Counted from the first letter of the stretch, positions 13,018 through 26,700 are shown. The stretch: DNA of 64,000 nucleotides from Lytechinus pictus (GCF_037042905.1 NC_087250.1:1736001-1800000), one strand, 5' to 3'. The notes: generated from the sequence alone by a model not told the origin. A program made the numbers and translations.

Positions 13018-16000
13018 TAATAATAATAATAATAATAATAACTAGCATTTAGTACGCTCTCCATAGTTAACTATATCACAGCGTTTACAAACGATTTAAA
13101 ACAAAAGTACATAATAATTACAATACAAATACACGCAAAAGAAATTAATCGGAAAAGAGGTATGTTTTTAGAAGTTTCTTAAATTGATCTGAAGAGTTTG
13201 ATGATTTAATGAAAGTGGGGATGTTGTTCCATTCTTTAGAAGCAGTAACACTAAATGTGCGATCACCTGTTTTTGTACGAGTTTTGGGTATGGCAAGCAA
13301 ATATGGGTCTTTAGATGAACGGAGATTAGGGCGAGTTGGTCTATGGGAAGCAAGGCTATCTTTGATATATTTTGGCATCTGGTTATTAAAGGCTTTGAAG
13401 ACAAAAAGAAGTAATTTAAAGACAATTCTCTTCTTTACAGGGAGCCAATGAAGAGATTTAAGTAAAGGGCCAGGATCATGACGTCGGTCCACCTTAAAGA
13501 TAATACGGGCTGCCCAGTTTTGTAAACTTTGTAGGCGCTTCAAATACACTTGGGGAACAGATGTTAATAGGCTGTTACAGTAATCTAATCTGGACAAAAT
13601 ATGACAACGAACAGCACTGTGGCAGGTTTCTTCAGTTATGTACTTTCTTATCTGCGATATGTTTCTTAGATGGAATCTGACAGATTTACATAATTGATTA
13701 ACTTGTTCTAACATATTCATATTACAATCAAAGTAAGCACCAAGGTTTCTAACAGATTTGGATGATACAATAGTAGTAGAACCAATACCAAGGCTAACAT
13801 CACTAAGGGAACGAAGGTTATGACTTGAACCTATGACAAGAAATTCAGTCTTTCCTTCATTGAGTTTAAGTCTGTTAAGAGTCATCCAACTACAGATGTC
13901 TGTGACACAAGCACAAAGAGTCTTCTTCGCTTCATCTACACTGCAAACCTTAGGATCAAATGTTACGTAAAGCTGTATGTCATCAGCATAAGTATGGTAG
14001 AAGACATTATGATGGCGAGCGATGTCTCCTACAGGTAAGGTGTAGATACAGTAGCCGATCGGCCCAAATACAGACCCCTGCGGCAAGCCTATAGAACTCG
14101 CACTACACTTAGATGACTTCCCACCTATTTCTACTTTGGTAGTCCAGTCTGCAAGGTAGGATTTGAACCACTTGAGTGCAATACCGTTGACTCCTAACCT
14201 GTTTGACATACGAGATATCAAAATTTGCCTGTCGATGGTATCGAATGCTGCTGATAGATCAAGTGACAACAAAAGTGCCACATGACCTTTATCTAAGGCA
14301 AACATTATATCATTTTTCACCTTCACTAGAGCTGTTTCTGTACTGTGGTGTGGTCTGTATGCCGATTGGTGTTGCTCAAACAGGTCATTATCAGCCATGT
14401 GATCCATAAGTCTTCGACATACAACCTTTTCAATGATCTTTCCAATAAAACTCAAATTGGACACAGGTCTATAATTGGAAAGACAGTTCCTGTCGAGTGA
14501 TGGCTTTTTAAGAAGTGGTCGTATAACTGCAGTTCTCGCTGCCGCTGGAAAGTTTCCTGATGAGAGCGAGGAGTTGACTATCTTGGTTATGATGGGAAGA
14601 AGATCTTGGATGTTTTCCTTCAAGAACCATGTAGGAATGGGATCCAGGCTGCATGACTTACTTGCAGAACCCTTGATGATTTTCAATATCTCATCTTCAG
14701 TTGTCAGATCAAAACAGACCATAGGAGATGATGAAAACGGTCTAGATTCAATCGAGGTCCCGGAACATGAAGTGATATCCCCAAGACTTTCATGAATCTT
14801 TTCAATCTTGTTGGTAAAGAATGTAGAAAACTGGTTACACAAGGTCTCCGCACAGTCATGGAAGGGAAGACACATATTCTTTCTGTTCAGTAAATAGTCC
14901 AATGTCCTGTAGACTTCCTTGGTATCAGAAGAAGAAAGTGCATGTCGAAAGAAGGACATCTTTGTCCTGCAGATCAGATTTGATGTTTCACGCTTTGCAA
15001 TTAGATAGCTATCATGATCTATTGCAGACTTGCTTTTCTGCCACTTCCTTTCAGCTCTGCGCCTTTTCCGTCGAGAAAGATGGATCTCCTCGGTGTACCA
15101 AGGCATTCTTTTACGTACCGCACAGGTCCTTTCTGTCGATGGAGCCAAGAAATCAATAAGACCACGCAGCGTATTATTGTACCAGTCAAAACTATGATCA
15201 GTATCCTTATGTTGTGAAAACTTCTGAGTCATCGTTTGAAGGGAATCTCTGAATCTGTCCCTATCAATTGCTTTATAATTACGAGAGGTTCTTGTGATCA
15301 TCTCTTGCTGACTGACAGGGATTGTCAGCTCCAACCTCACTACAGAATGGTCAGACATCAGCATATCTTGCACGCTGCATCTCATGATTATTGACTCAGA
15401 TTCTCTGGTGAAAACAAGATCCAGTGTGTGTCCCCGCGAATGGGTTGGACCAGTAACATGCTGATGTAAGCCGGCCGCTGATATAGCCTGGAGAAAACCA
15501 TTCACATCTGTCTTAGTAGGATTGTCTATGTGGAAGTTGAAATCTCCAAGCAAAATTAGTTTGCCTGGGATTACATACATATCAGTCAAAAAGGTATCAA
15601 ATTCACTCATGAAATCCACCAAGGACAGTCCATTTGCGGGTGATGGTGGCGGTCGGTAAACAGCAACCAGATTCAATAGTGAAGAAGATGACGATGACTT
15701 GTTCACAACATGGACACACTCAAATGTCCTAAACTCATTCACCAAAGTGCGGGTTTGTAATTTGAGCTCAGATTTGAAGATAACTGTTATGCCTCCCCCA
15801 CTTCCCATTTTACGTGGAGTGTTGATGAGCGTATATCCAGGTGGGGTACATTCACCCTTGATAACTTGATCGTCATCTTTCAGCCATGATTCTGTGATGA
15901 CAAATATATCTAAATCATGTTCAAGAATGTAGTCATAGGTGACTAAAGCCTTATTTCTGAGAGAACGTGCATTCCATAAATGTACTTTTGTACCAGACTG

Positions 16001-17000
16001 AATGTTAGGATCGTGTCTGGGTATCCTCTTCAGATTGTTGTAATTGATGCCACACCTGGAGGTATTGTTGACAGGCAAACGAGGAGTTGTCAATACTGGG
16101 ATATGCCTCTGCTTCCTTCTCCCTGCTCTTTTACCTCTGTGAAACCTTTGCCTTTTAGCAATCCCGAGAGAACATATATTCTTCCAAACGCCATCCTGAA
16201 GTCTGCACCTTGTTAGAAACTGTCTGTTCTGATTGATCTCCAGTAACTTATTTCTATCATATACATGTCGATTTACCTTACATTCTGTTCTCGCTGTATC
16301 ACCAGGATTGTAACACTCATCGGTGGTCGTGGTGGTATCAAAGTTCCTTGGTCCAGGGTTCAAGCTAATATCTCCTGATAACAAGAGTTGAAGCTGGAAG
16401 GTTGACGTGGCATTAGAATAATATGCTACCCGCGTTCCAAGGAACTTACTGGGTTTCAGCTGTTCTTTAAAACAGCACTTGAATACATGGTGGCCAATAC
16501 AGGGCTCCACTTCATTCCTTCCCATTGTAGACACAATGAGGACAATTGCTATCAAGTTGACCAACTCCATTGTTGTGTCCAGAAGCTATTGATGAAGACA
16601 ATGGAAGGTGTGGATGAGTGAACTTGAAAGCCAAAATCAAGATACATGGAGAACATGCATGTAATGGTGGTTCAGCAATGAAGACAAACTGCAAAAACTA
16701 GATCCGTGCAGATTTTCCAAAGTAGGCCATCAAACAGATCCAAACTGGTCTAGGGTGATCCTGACGATATATATTACAAACTGATATAGTAAATATAGCA
16801 TTCAAACAATAATAATGTGACAAAATAAGAAGAATTCTGGAGCTCAAAAAGGGACTGCCTGTGAGAGAACAATGGGTAATAATTTCTGACTCAAAGAAAG
16901 GTGAAAGGGGGTGTATAGAGTTCCGGGTTTTGGTGGAACAGGGTGTATCAGCAAAAAGAAAAATGATAGCAAACATTATGCCGATAAGTAGTATGGTTTC
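13018..17000 (-). mobile_element. Apparently full-length L2/CR1-group non-LTR retrotransposon (5' boundary approximate)
   Basis: Intact APE+RT ORF. The minus-strand 3' tail ...gtaaacgctgtga...gagcgtactaaatgctagt(TAT)n resembles L2 ends. Confidence 0.88.
13145..16570 (-). CDS. LINE ORF2-type protein: AP endonuclease + reverse transcriptase, 1141 aa, with an N-terminal 2A-like motif
   Basis: APE motifs WNARSL, ITESWL, VYRPP, LGDFN, GHTLDLV, SDH. RT motifs NYRPVSNL, DLSAAFDT, GLPQGSVFGP, YADD. C-terminal SRLDYCNSLL and LHWLPV. Confidence 0.97.
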   Translation of the reverse strand: MELVNLIAIVLIVSTMGRNEVEPCIGHHVFKCCFKEQLKPSKFLGTRVAYYSNATSTFQLQLLLSGDISLNPGPRNFDTTTTTDECYNPGDTARTECKVNRHVYDRNKLLEINQNRQFLTRCRLQDGVWKNICSLGIAKRQRFHRGKRAGRRKQRHIPVLTTPRLPVNNTSRCGINYNNLKRIPRHDPNIQSGTKVHLWNARSLRNKALVTYDYILEHDLDIFVITESWLKDDDQVIKGECTPPGYTLINTPRKMGSGGGITVIFKSELKLQTRTLVNEFRTFECVHVVNKSSSSSSLLNLVAVYRPPPSPANGLSLVDFMSEFDTFLTDMYVIPGKLILLGDFNFHIDNPTKTDVNGFLQAISAAGLHQHVTGPTHSRGHTLDLVFTRESESIIMRCSVQDMLMSDHSVVRLELTIPVSQQEMITRTSRNYKAIDRDRFRDSLQTMTQKFSQHKDTDHSFDWYNNTLRGLIDFLAPSTERTCAVRKRMPWYTEEIHLSRRKRRRAERKWQKSKSAIDHDSYLIAKRETSNLICRTKMSFFRHALSSSDTKEVYRTLDYLLNRKNMCLPFHDCAETLCNQFSTFFTNKIEKIHESLGDITSCSGTSIESRPFSSSPMVCFDLTTEDEILKIIKGSASKSCSLDPIPTWFLKENIQDLLPIITKIVNSSLSSGNFPAAARTAVIRPLLKKPSLDRNCLSNYRPVSNLSFIGKIIEKVVCRRLMDHMADNDLFEQHQSAYRPHHSTETALVKVKNDIMFALDKGHVALLLSLDLSAAFDTIDRQILISRMSNRLGVNGIALKWFKSYLADWTTKVEIGGKSSKCSASSIGLPQGSVFGPIGYCIYTLPVGDIARHHNVFYHTYADDIQLYVTFDPKVCSVDEAKKTLCACVTDICSWMTLNRLKLNEGKTEFLVIGSSHNLRSLSDVSLGIGSTTIVSSKSVRNLGAYFDCNMNMLEQVNQLCKSVRFHLRNISQIRKYITEETCHSAVRCHILSRLDYCNSLLTSVPQVYLKRLQSLQNWAARIIFKVDRRHDPGPLLKSLHWLPVKKRIVFKLLLFVFKAFNNQMPKYIKDSLASHRPTRPNLRSSKDPYLLAIPKTRTKTGDRTFSVTASKEWNNIPTFIKSSNSSDQFKKLLKTYLFSD

Positions 17001-18076
17001 ACTTACAAAAGGCCATTAAACTTCTAGTAATATATACCGTATTTAGATACAGAGGGTTCATTTGAAATAACATTCAATGAAGACAAAATAATATAACGCT
17101 ACAACGCGCAACTACAACAGGTGTTTAAGCATACCCACATAATAGCGTACAATTAAACATTAAAATAGTGTAAATATACCATTTTGGTAAACTTAATCAT
17201 ATTTCAATGATTTCGTTCGACATTTTTACTCATGAGAAACGTAAGACAAATTAAAATGATGACATTCAGACCCAAACAATAGATTTTGAATACAAATGGC
17301 CTGCATGGGGCACTGTCCCTATTCAAACCACCCAGGGTTGAAAAAATCAGAAAATTACTAAAATCAGCATTTTATTCAAAACCTAAATTCACCAAATATT
17401 GTTTCTTTTACAGTACACAGGAGACAATATTTGTGAGGTCTTGGCCAATATTGAGATTGTAACCCCTTCTACATCCAAAGATACAAGCAAAGTTTTGACC
17501 ACACCCTAATTTAACACATTTTACAAGACCCGGTTTTCTTTCATGCATGAGTAGTTATTCATTATTTGAAGTCAAGTTGGCCATGACTTGAATAAAATGC
17601 TGATTTTAGTCATTTTTCATGACAAATTAAGTTGTAAAACATTGGTTGATAGTCAATTTCTATTTCCTTATTTAAACCTTTAAACAAGGTGGCTGACTCT
17701 AATGTTATCTTGTATGTTACCAAACAGAGACAATGACACCAGTGTCTGACATCTGAATAACTGTCAATATTTCTTTTTAAACTCATAGCAACTATTGAAC
17801 AAGCAAATGTTGGTTGTTATGATAATTCTGTGTTTTCAACATGAAAAAAGTCAAGTCTGTACACTTGTGAGTACAAGGGTACAACCAAATTCAAATTACT
17901 GATCAACCAGAATTCAATGACATTGTGCTGTAAATCCACAATCAGAAATTTGTCACAATTTTCAATTCTCTACTGCTTGAAGACATGCTTACAATATTGA
18001 CTAGATTGCAATAATGCAAGTTTGCAATTTGGTCATTTCAAATGCTGTGCAGAAATTCAATGTATACTTTACTTTC

Positions 18077-18450
18077 GGCCTCAGTCTCACTGGATTACGA
18101 ACGATCGCCTACCTATTAAAGACCAAAAATTCAGCGTCTAGTGACAACCAGTCGCCGACCAAAATCCAAAAATTTGGAAGATATATTATTCGGCTACCAA
18201 TCGCCAAAGGGTCGGCAATCGGTTGCCGACCCAGTGACAAGTGATCGGCAACCACTCGGCGATCGGTGGTCGATTGATTGGTTATTATTTGCAGCACCGA
18301 AAACCTCCAGTCGACCAAACTACTCGAGCAACCAGTCACCGACCACTGACAACCTTTTGCCAACCATTTGAAAGTCTATTTACGACCTCTGACAACCAAT
18401 TTCCTGAGTAATGGTCAGCGATCGATTTACACGCAGTGTGATTGGGGTCT
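18077..18450. mobile_element. Palindromic MITE, PIF/Harbinger-like
   Basis: Ends ggcctcagtctcactg / cagtgtgattggggtct; internal cgacc/ggtcg sub-repeats. Confidence 0.55.
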
Positions 18451-19015
18451 TAATTCCTACTCTATGCTAGACAAAAAAAAAGTGATATGAATCGGTTGTG
18501 AGATGAAGGAAAAACACATATTATCGTTTATACATTAATTTGCAGTTTTAAGTACAATTTAAAAATTCTGTGCACTGAAGTTTGATGCACCTAACTTAGA
18601 TCTCCAATACAAATCAATAAGAATATAATAAAGTTAGAAATGAAGAAGTATTTTCTGATTTTGAAAGATGAAAAATTAGCATAATAACACCAAATTTTGT
18701 GTAGAAATCTTAAATCTTCCCATCAAGCTTTACATCAGTTTAAAATATCAAAACAAATTTTGTCAAAGAATGAGGGAGAAAAATTTGTAAATATATGGAT
18801 GGATGATACACCATGGCATGTAGGCCCATTCAGTCTGGCAGAGCTGATAACAAATTGCACATGTAAACTTCCATAACACAAATAAATTACAATTCATTAA
18901 TTTCAAAATGATAAAAGTGATAATGGTAAGTTGTCGGGAAGAAATAGCACACTGAAAATATACAATGTAAAGTATACCAGAAATTGAGTTAATATAAATA
19001 CAACATCAAAAGTAA

Positions 19016-19600
19016 GTTTCCCCCTAAAGAACCCCATCATATTGTCCAGTGTAACAAATTATTCAAGTTGAAACCAAGCATGGGATATAGCTAGGGTTGT
19101 TAGGAAACTTTTTTTTTTCTCGAAAATTAGCGAGATCCATGACTTAATGAGCACAACATGTACAAAAAATTGCGCTTTTTCAAAAACAGCAAATCTGAGT
19201 TTTAATAACTTGTATTGTGCTGTATCTGCACGCATTATTGCATCAATGCCAAAACCAACCTCGCTGATGTTGGAAGAAGAATGGAATGCCAACCTCTAGC
19301 AAAGAGCCACAAGACTCATGAACACCTTGAGGCGACAAACATGGTGGCCTCACACATTATAAAACTGTCAGTATACTGTCTGATAAAGAATAACTAATTA
19401 AAGCACAGATTTTGCTGCTTTTGAAAAAAATACATTTTTTGTTCATGTTGTGCTCATTCAGCCGTTAAGTCACGGATCACGCTAATTTTCAAGAAATCTG
19501 CTTCCTAACAATGATTGAATCCTAGCTATATCCTATGCTTGGTTTCAACTTGAATAATGTGTTCCACTGGAAGATATGATAAGCTCCTTTAAAAGTGAAA
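19016..19600. mobile_element. Fold-back MITE with long inverted arms
   Basis: ttattcaagttgaaaccaagcatgggatatagctagg (~19059) vs cctagctatatcctatgcttggtttcaacttgaataa (~19521). The arms extend inward (gagcacaacatg / catgttgtgctc). Confidence 0.75.
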
Positions 19601-19759
19601 CGCCCTTGGTGGCCTTGGCATCATGCAAATTGTCTTGGCAGCATTTTGACTTCGTGAAATTGTGGTTTGGGTACATTCTGGGTGCAACCAATGAGTTCCT
19701 TAGAAATTTTGGGGACAAAGTCCATAAAAATTTGAAAATATTAAAGTGTAAAAATATAG

Positions 19760-20643
19760 ATTAATTGACCTTAAATGATTTTTGACCTTTACTTTGCAAC
19801 TTGAAATTTACTACAAATGATTGGTGATACTTGATAAACCTTGTGAACAAGTTTCATGGAATTCAAACAGATACTTTTGAAATGAGAGTAAAAATTAAAA
19901 AGCTTGATCTTACGTTAAAGTTTTTGTGATTCACCTCAAATGACCTTGACTTTATGACTTTAAATTTCTTCTAAATTATTTGTGACAAATGAAAACCCTT
20001 GTACACATTTTTCATTAAATCTGAACAAGTACTTTTGAAATGAGGGTAAAAATTCATGTTAATTGACCCCAGTTGACCTTTAACCTTGACTTTGTGACCT
20101 AAAATTTATCGCATTTAATTTGTGTTACTTGATAACCATTGCGGACAAGTTTCGTTGAATTACAACAAAAACTTTTGAAATGAGGGTAAAAATTAAAAAA
20201 ACTTAACCTCAGCTAGGTTAACTTTTTGAAAACATCATTCAAGTTAATTGACCTTGACTTTGTGACCTGAAATTTCTCCCACATCTGTGGTACTTGATAA
20301 ACCTTCGACACAAGTTTCATGGAATTTGCTAAAATAATTTTGAAATAAGGTTAAGTTTTTGAATTGGTACCTTTTATTTTCAAATTTTTATGGACTTTGT
20401 TCCCAAAAGTCGTAAGGAACTCATTGGTTGCACCCACAATGTACCCAATTTGTGTGATGCAGGCGAGACCGCCAAAGGCATTTCACTTGTTGTTACTTGA
20501 CAACTCTTGTGTCCAAGTTTCATGAAAATCGAATATATACTTTTCAAAATAGAGCTTTTCATAATATGCCGCCAATGCTGCCGTATTTGCCAGCGGAAAA
20601 GCACTGCCTATTTCTCGCTATTGCTTTGCAGGCGAAACAAAAA
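19760..20643 (-). mobile_element. Helentron-associated (HINE-like) element with ttgacct tandem core repeats
   Basis: About four diverged core repeats (ttgacct...acttttgaaatgag). Terminal hairpin ctcgcta...gcaggcgaaacaaaaa. Confidence 0.5.
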
Positions 20644-20737
20644 TGACGCTTTCAAGTTTGGGGAGATGATACCATTCACATAAATAAAACCCCCCAAAAA
20701 AACTATCAAGGTTGTTGTTGAGTTCATATTTATCAAA

Positions 20738-23700
20738 TCAGTCAACCGACTGCTGGCTCATCCAGGTGCGGAATCGAAGGATGGATGCCGTTTTGACAGG
20801 TTCTCCCAGTTGGTAGACAAGGCTCTCCAAAAACTGCCACACTGCCATGCAGTATGGCTGATAGTCCACATCTAGTATGAAGGTCATCTTGAAGACAAGA
20901 TCTACTGCTGCTAGGGCACTTGGGCAAGCCACCGCCCTGTGTTCCACCACGGCAAATGCTTGGAGTGGGTCCCACCTGCTCCCTCCAATAAGCAGAACAA
21001 ATGGCTGTGGCTGCTGCTCTTTGCTCACCATGCTTGTGGTGTAGAACTCCACACTAGTCCCTTCCTGTATAAAGCAAACAGTCATAAAATTATACATTAT
21101 ATTGACAATTTGCTTCATGATAATAGTAAGTTTCAACATGTACAGTTGGGCAGCACACCAAAAAGCCCTTTCTTTTATGCAAGTTGTATGCATTCATACT
21201 TGAGCTGGAGCAAATCATTTCCAAACTCAAAATAGCCATAGAAAATTGGGTGTTTTAGCTTAATATCATGTATCATTTTAAAGGAGACATGTCAAGCTTT
21301 CCAACTACATATTTCACTAATTTTTTATTTCATAAAAATGTGTAAATGAAGGTTAAATGTGATTATAAAGATGAAAGTTTAGTGAAGTTGTGAACAGTTT
21401 AAAGTCTAAATAAAGGCCTTGTATTTCACAAATTTGAATGTCATTGTAAAGAGCAACTATTCAACTTTCTATTGATGTCATTTGTTTTGCTACTCATGTT
21501 TAATACCAGTCAAGCAAAATATGACACAATTTCAGTTGACAAAAATGTGAAGAAGCATGTTATTGGATGCTGGGGTTGGCTATTTAACTGTCATTGGCCA
21601 CAGAGAAAAAAAAACGAAACAAAAAATCAGATGAATGAAGATGTAAATTAAGGTGTAATTTAAAGAAACCAAGTTCTTCGGAGGAAAGCAACCATGAAGG
21701 GGTTTTACTATGTCTTACTAATGATGAACAAAGAGACCAAGTGGGACAAAACATAGCCCTGGAGAAAGGCAACTCAAACAAAAGGAACGAAAATGCAGTA
21801 GATTATGTAGATGAAAACAAACATTTTATTCAATTCAACCTCTTTTAGATTAAAATCAGACTCACAGCTTTCCAGTCCATGAATGACCGAAGGGCTTGGT
21901 CGGGGGTGCATCTGCCTAACATTGTCTTACTGCGTCCACAGAACATGAAGGGCAAGATGTTCAAGGCCAAATTCTGCTGTTCAGCTAAGTGATAATAATA
22001 ATAATAGTGGATATTTAAAACGTGCACGTATCCATCCTGCTGGATGCTCAAGGCGCCACATATTATTACCCATGGTCATCAATGTAAGCAACAATGACAT
22101 AAGAAGTGTAATAAGCAAGCATTGCAGAGATTGTATGTGCCATCTCTATGTAAATGTAAAATTTGACTGCATTTCTGATAAAAAAGCTAATGTACATAGG
22201 TTTGGTAAATTTATAATGAAAATTGAAATTTCCTCTAATGGGTTATGTTTATAGACTTTTACGAGATCTAAAAGCCCTATTAATAATTTTTTCTGAAACC
22301 ATCTAAATTTTGAAACAAGGAGATTCTTGAACCACTAGTGTTCCCTGATCTTGCAATATATATTTTTAAGCAGTTGAAAGTTAAAATGACCTCAGACCTT
22401 GTCACATCACCTTGAAGTATGTCAAGCATGAGGCTTCTCATAGTGTACCCATGACTCAACCTAACTATAACAATTTGACCCCCAATGACCTTTGACCTTG
22501 TCATGTGACCTCGAAGTGCGCCATAACATGAAAGTTCCTATAGTGCACCTATGTGACTGCTTTGCCACGCACCTTTTCATGAATGCGTGTTCTGTCAACA
22601 CTTTAAATAAACTTGGGATCAGAGATAAGGGACAGAAGCCAAATTAAAGAATTGGGTTTGTAGCCAGATGAGCTGGAATTAATTTTTTGACCTAAAATTA
22701 CAAAATAAATTGTGCTTTCAACATTCATGTTAGGAATTGAGTATGACAAAGATGTGTGAGAAAAACAGGGCCCATTCACATGCTAAATAACACAAAATTT
22801 TCCCCAAGAACATCCCTAACCAAGTTTGATGTAAATGTTTGAGGTAAATTTTAATGTTTAACAAAAAATGACCGTTAAACTTACCATGTGATTTTACAGC
22901 ACAATAGCATGAATGTACCCCAAGTGCATCTACCACCCAAATTTGGTTGCTATTGCAGCAACATATGCCAAGTTATACTTCATAAGAGAGTCTTGCAAAT
23001 AAACTTTAAACATTTGTGATGGACGCATGACGGACGGACGCCACTTGGATACATAAGTCTCGCCATCACCTCTGATGGGCGAGACAAAAAAGCATACTGT
23101 TTATGCTGTATCATACCTTCTGATAAATCCTTGATATCCACAGACAGACCGATTTTTTCTTCCCAACTTCTGGGGGCGTCTACATTGGTGACATATTCAA
23201 TAATTCGTTTGGACATCTCTGGCCATGCCAACAGCAGCCTCTTGGAAGCTTCTCTTGAGATAGTCATCTGAAAATCCTGCTCAACCTGAAGCAAAAAACA
23301 CAGAATGCATAATGACCACAACTGAGCAAATATCAATGTACTGCAGGGTTGGCAAAAATCGTGGAAAAATTTTTTTATTTATTTGATCTAAATCAGATTC
23401 ATTTGATTTAAATTGATTTGTTTATATTTTTTGTTATTAATAACTCTAAATGTTACCCTATACAGGAAACAAGCTATTTTGGTAGATCTAAACTAAAGCC
23501 ATCATTTTAGAATACTAAAACTGCCATTTAAATAAATTTTTACCAAAAAAAATTGAATAAAAAATTGATTTTTTAAAGTGATTTTTTTTGTAAAACTAAA
23601 TCACAATCGCGTATGTATTTCTTTGTTTTTTATTTAAATCAGTGATTAAAAAATAAAGTGATTTAAACCGCGATTTAAATCAACTTGATTTAAATCACGC

Positions 23701-26700
23701 CAACCCTGATGTACTGGGATAATGTTGGTTGGTCTCCTCTATGAGTATGGCACTAAACATGAGACAGGAAAAAATTATATCAGTGACATACATTTGATAA
23801 AGAATTGCTTCCTTTGGATAAAAAATGACTTCCAATATCTATTGTTCCATCCCACCACTGCTTTTGATGTTCATTTATCAACTGACTGACCTCTGGAATA
23901 ACAAAAGATTTTTTTTTTTTTTGGGGGGGGATTCTCAAATGAAAGTAATAAGCCACATTCATACAACACTATCCTATGCACATTCCATCACTTTTGACTT
24001 TGTAATTAATATCAACACAGTTAGACTTAATTTTGGTATCGTGCATGGAAAACAAAGACAAAGCAATACATCTGTTTACAGCAGTGCTGCAGACAGTGGA
24101 ACAAACTACTGGGCCCTAGCTGGCCTGAGGTTGGAATAAAACTTTTGACTAAATCATTATTTTTAGATTTTTTGATGTAGGGCCAAAAGTAGAAGACAAA
24201 AATTATTTTTTTTATCAAGTAGAGTCAAAGACTTTTCACTTTCAGGAACATTAGTTACAAAAATGTCATAAGCAAGAGGTAGTCCAGGAGCATTAATGCA
24301 TATGACCATTTTTTTTTCTCGCTGGGCTTGGATAACATTAGACTTATCATGGTCACCTCTCTACGTCTACCAGGGCTGACCGTGACAAGTCTGTAAATAA
24401 CATTAGATTATACTTTACAGATAAGTCTAAAGTTAAAAAAAAAAGAAAAAAGACTATAATAAGGTTAGAATCCCAACAGGAAGAAGGATGACATATCTAT
24501 CGGTCTACAATTAAATCAGCGCCAACAAGATGTCATTCACTGACATATTCAGTGAATCCTAAGCTAAAGGCTTAAAGCATAATTAAGGCTTGGTTTTGAC
24601 AATTCATTGACCACAAGTCTACGTACTACGTAGTACTAGTAATAGGTGTGGGATTTGATTGGCTAGCTGAAACTAAGCACTGGTCACTGTTACTGTTAGT
24701 TATGGTAACTGACAATTATCAGTTAAGGACAAAAGTTTCATGAAATGCACCCCTGTAATGTAGGCTGTATTGTATGTGTAGCCAATGCAGTATTGCATTG
24801 GAAAGTGCATAGACCAAAATGATGAAAAAGGCCAATTGGAAAGGGTGTACTGTTAAAAGTTCCTAAAATATTCACTTAAAAATACAGAAGTGTGACCACA
24901 AAATATCACTTCATAACAAAATCAAAACTTCCATTTGAGAATATGACAAATAATATGAAATATCGATGAAAATATTTCCATCAGGAAATGTGGGACAAAA
25001 TGTGCGAAAAAGCAGCCAACTTTCATGACGAGCCGCTGAAATTCAGCCTAGCACTATGGCACGGGACCAACTTTTGTACGCAGCCCAGTGGGCCTCAACG
25101 CAACGAGCGTCTCAATGAAAATGATTTTCTGTGGGTCGAAAGGGCTATTGAAATTTCAGTGACAGTTTCAAAATACCGACGATGGTCGATAAAACTTGAA
25201 ATTTTTGATAAAGAAAATACTAATTATCCCATATATCTTACATTAAGACAAATTGGTCTGTAAAATTTTAAATTACGATCGATTAAATGGAACAATATGC
25301 AAAAATACCTGAAATTTGGTGATATTCATGGGCACCCCACCGACTAGGAAAAAACTGTAGGATGCATGGATGGAAAGTGTTTACATTACATCCTCGTTCA
25401 CATTCTATATTTCACATGTATCATAATTTTTAAGCAATAAAAAATGCAACCCCCTCACAACAGAAAAAAATATATATATCTTATGATTTTGCGATTTTTT
25501 GAATCGATTATTGAATTTTGGATGTTGTTAATTTGCAAATTATCTTATTGATTTATAGAATAAGAATTTTGATTGTTGTAATTAATGTTTTCATAAAATT
25601 CCTTTTATAAAGTTTTAACCGATGATTATTACCTAGATTTAAGGCGTTTTAATAGATACACTTTTTTAAGAAGGGGTATTTTTTGCCCTGAAACAGAAAG
25701 GCGAAAAGAAGGAAATTATGCAAATTTTGTGTGCGGTTTTGTGCATCATGGCGGCGCGATGTGCACACTCACGAACATGAAGAGTTTTTCTTGTGAACTT
25801 TTAAAATCGACTGTCCGAACCTGTCCGGACACCCAACTCAGGCAACTGGACTGGGTAGGCCGAATAGGCTATACTGTACAGACATATTAAGATATTTTAC
25901 CTAAAAAAACACCAACAACGTATCGAATATGTTAAAAACGTACTGGCTGGCAGCCTTGGCTTTGGCAGCTCTGCCTCTGGCTCTGCATTAATGCCATTAG
26001 AGTGATTAGTCATTAGATCTACTCAAAATCACCCTTCTTTTACTTATAGTTTTGCTGCGCCGAGTCTCCACAGCCTGAACGTGTTGTCGCAGTTTAGAGT
26101 TAGGCCTAACGACAAGTTTACACTAATCTACCGGTTACCGTACCGGTGTATGTTACGTATTCTATACACCTTCCCTATAATACACTGTACAAAAATAAAT
26201 GTACTGGGACTAGATGCAACTGCCCATTTAACTCGCAAATTCAGCAAAAAATACAAAAAAGTCAGTTCTTTTACTTCAATATAGCAAAGATCAACTATGA
26301 AATAGAACATTAAAAGTACTAAAAGCGCAACATTTTATATGATGTATTTGATTTTGACAGATTAAATACGGATGCAATTAAAGCCGTGTAGTAACCTGTC
26401 CTTATTTCGTACACACGGAGGCTATGCCTAGGCTAGGGCTAGGGCCTGGCCTATACTGTACTAGCTATAGGCTAGCCTATGGTCTGGAGGCGGGCAGAGA
26501 TGCCTGTCAGTGTCAGGTCATTAGAATCAAACAGCAATTTTAGCGCATTCTTCGAGATATCACAAGAAATTACATATTTGAAATGATCTATAATAGTTTA
26601 TCAGTACAATTGTAAAAAATTAATTATTTTGACTTACCTCCAAAGACTTCAATTAAGTCGGCGAACCCCCAGTCTCTCAATCTTTCCGCTACGGCCTCCA

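Larger units (their letters stand above)
12393..17333. mobile_element. pogo/Tc1-like non-autonomous element interrupted by the L2 LINE
   Basis: Left end ta|ccgaaaaacggggtgaatatagggacag. The motif gaatagggacag recurs at ~12579 and inverted (ctgtccctattc) at ~17313. The right terminus is incomplete. Confidence 0.5.

Noticed and set aside
24760-25860. Another nested DNA transposon ending ...ggcaactggactggg
   Set aside because: Looks like a terminus, but no matching opposite end or TSD was found.
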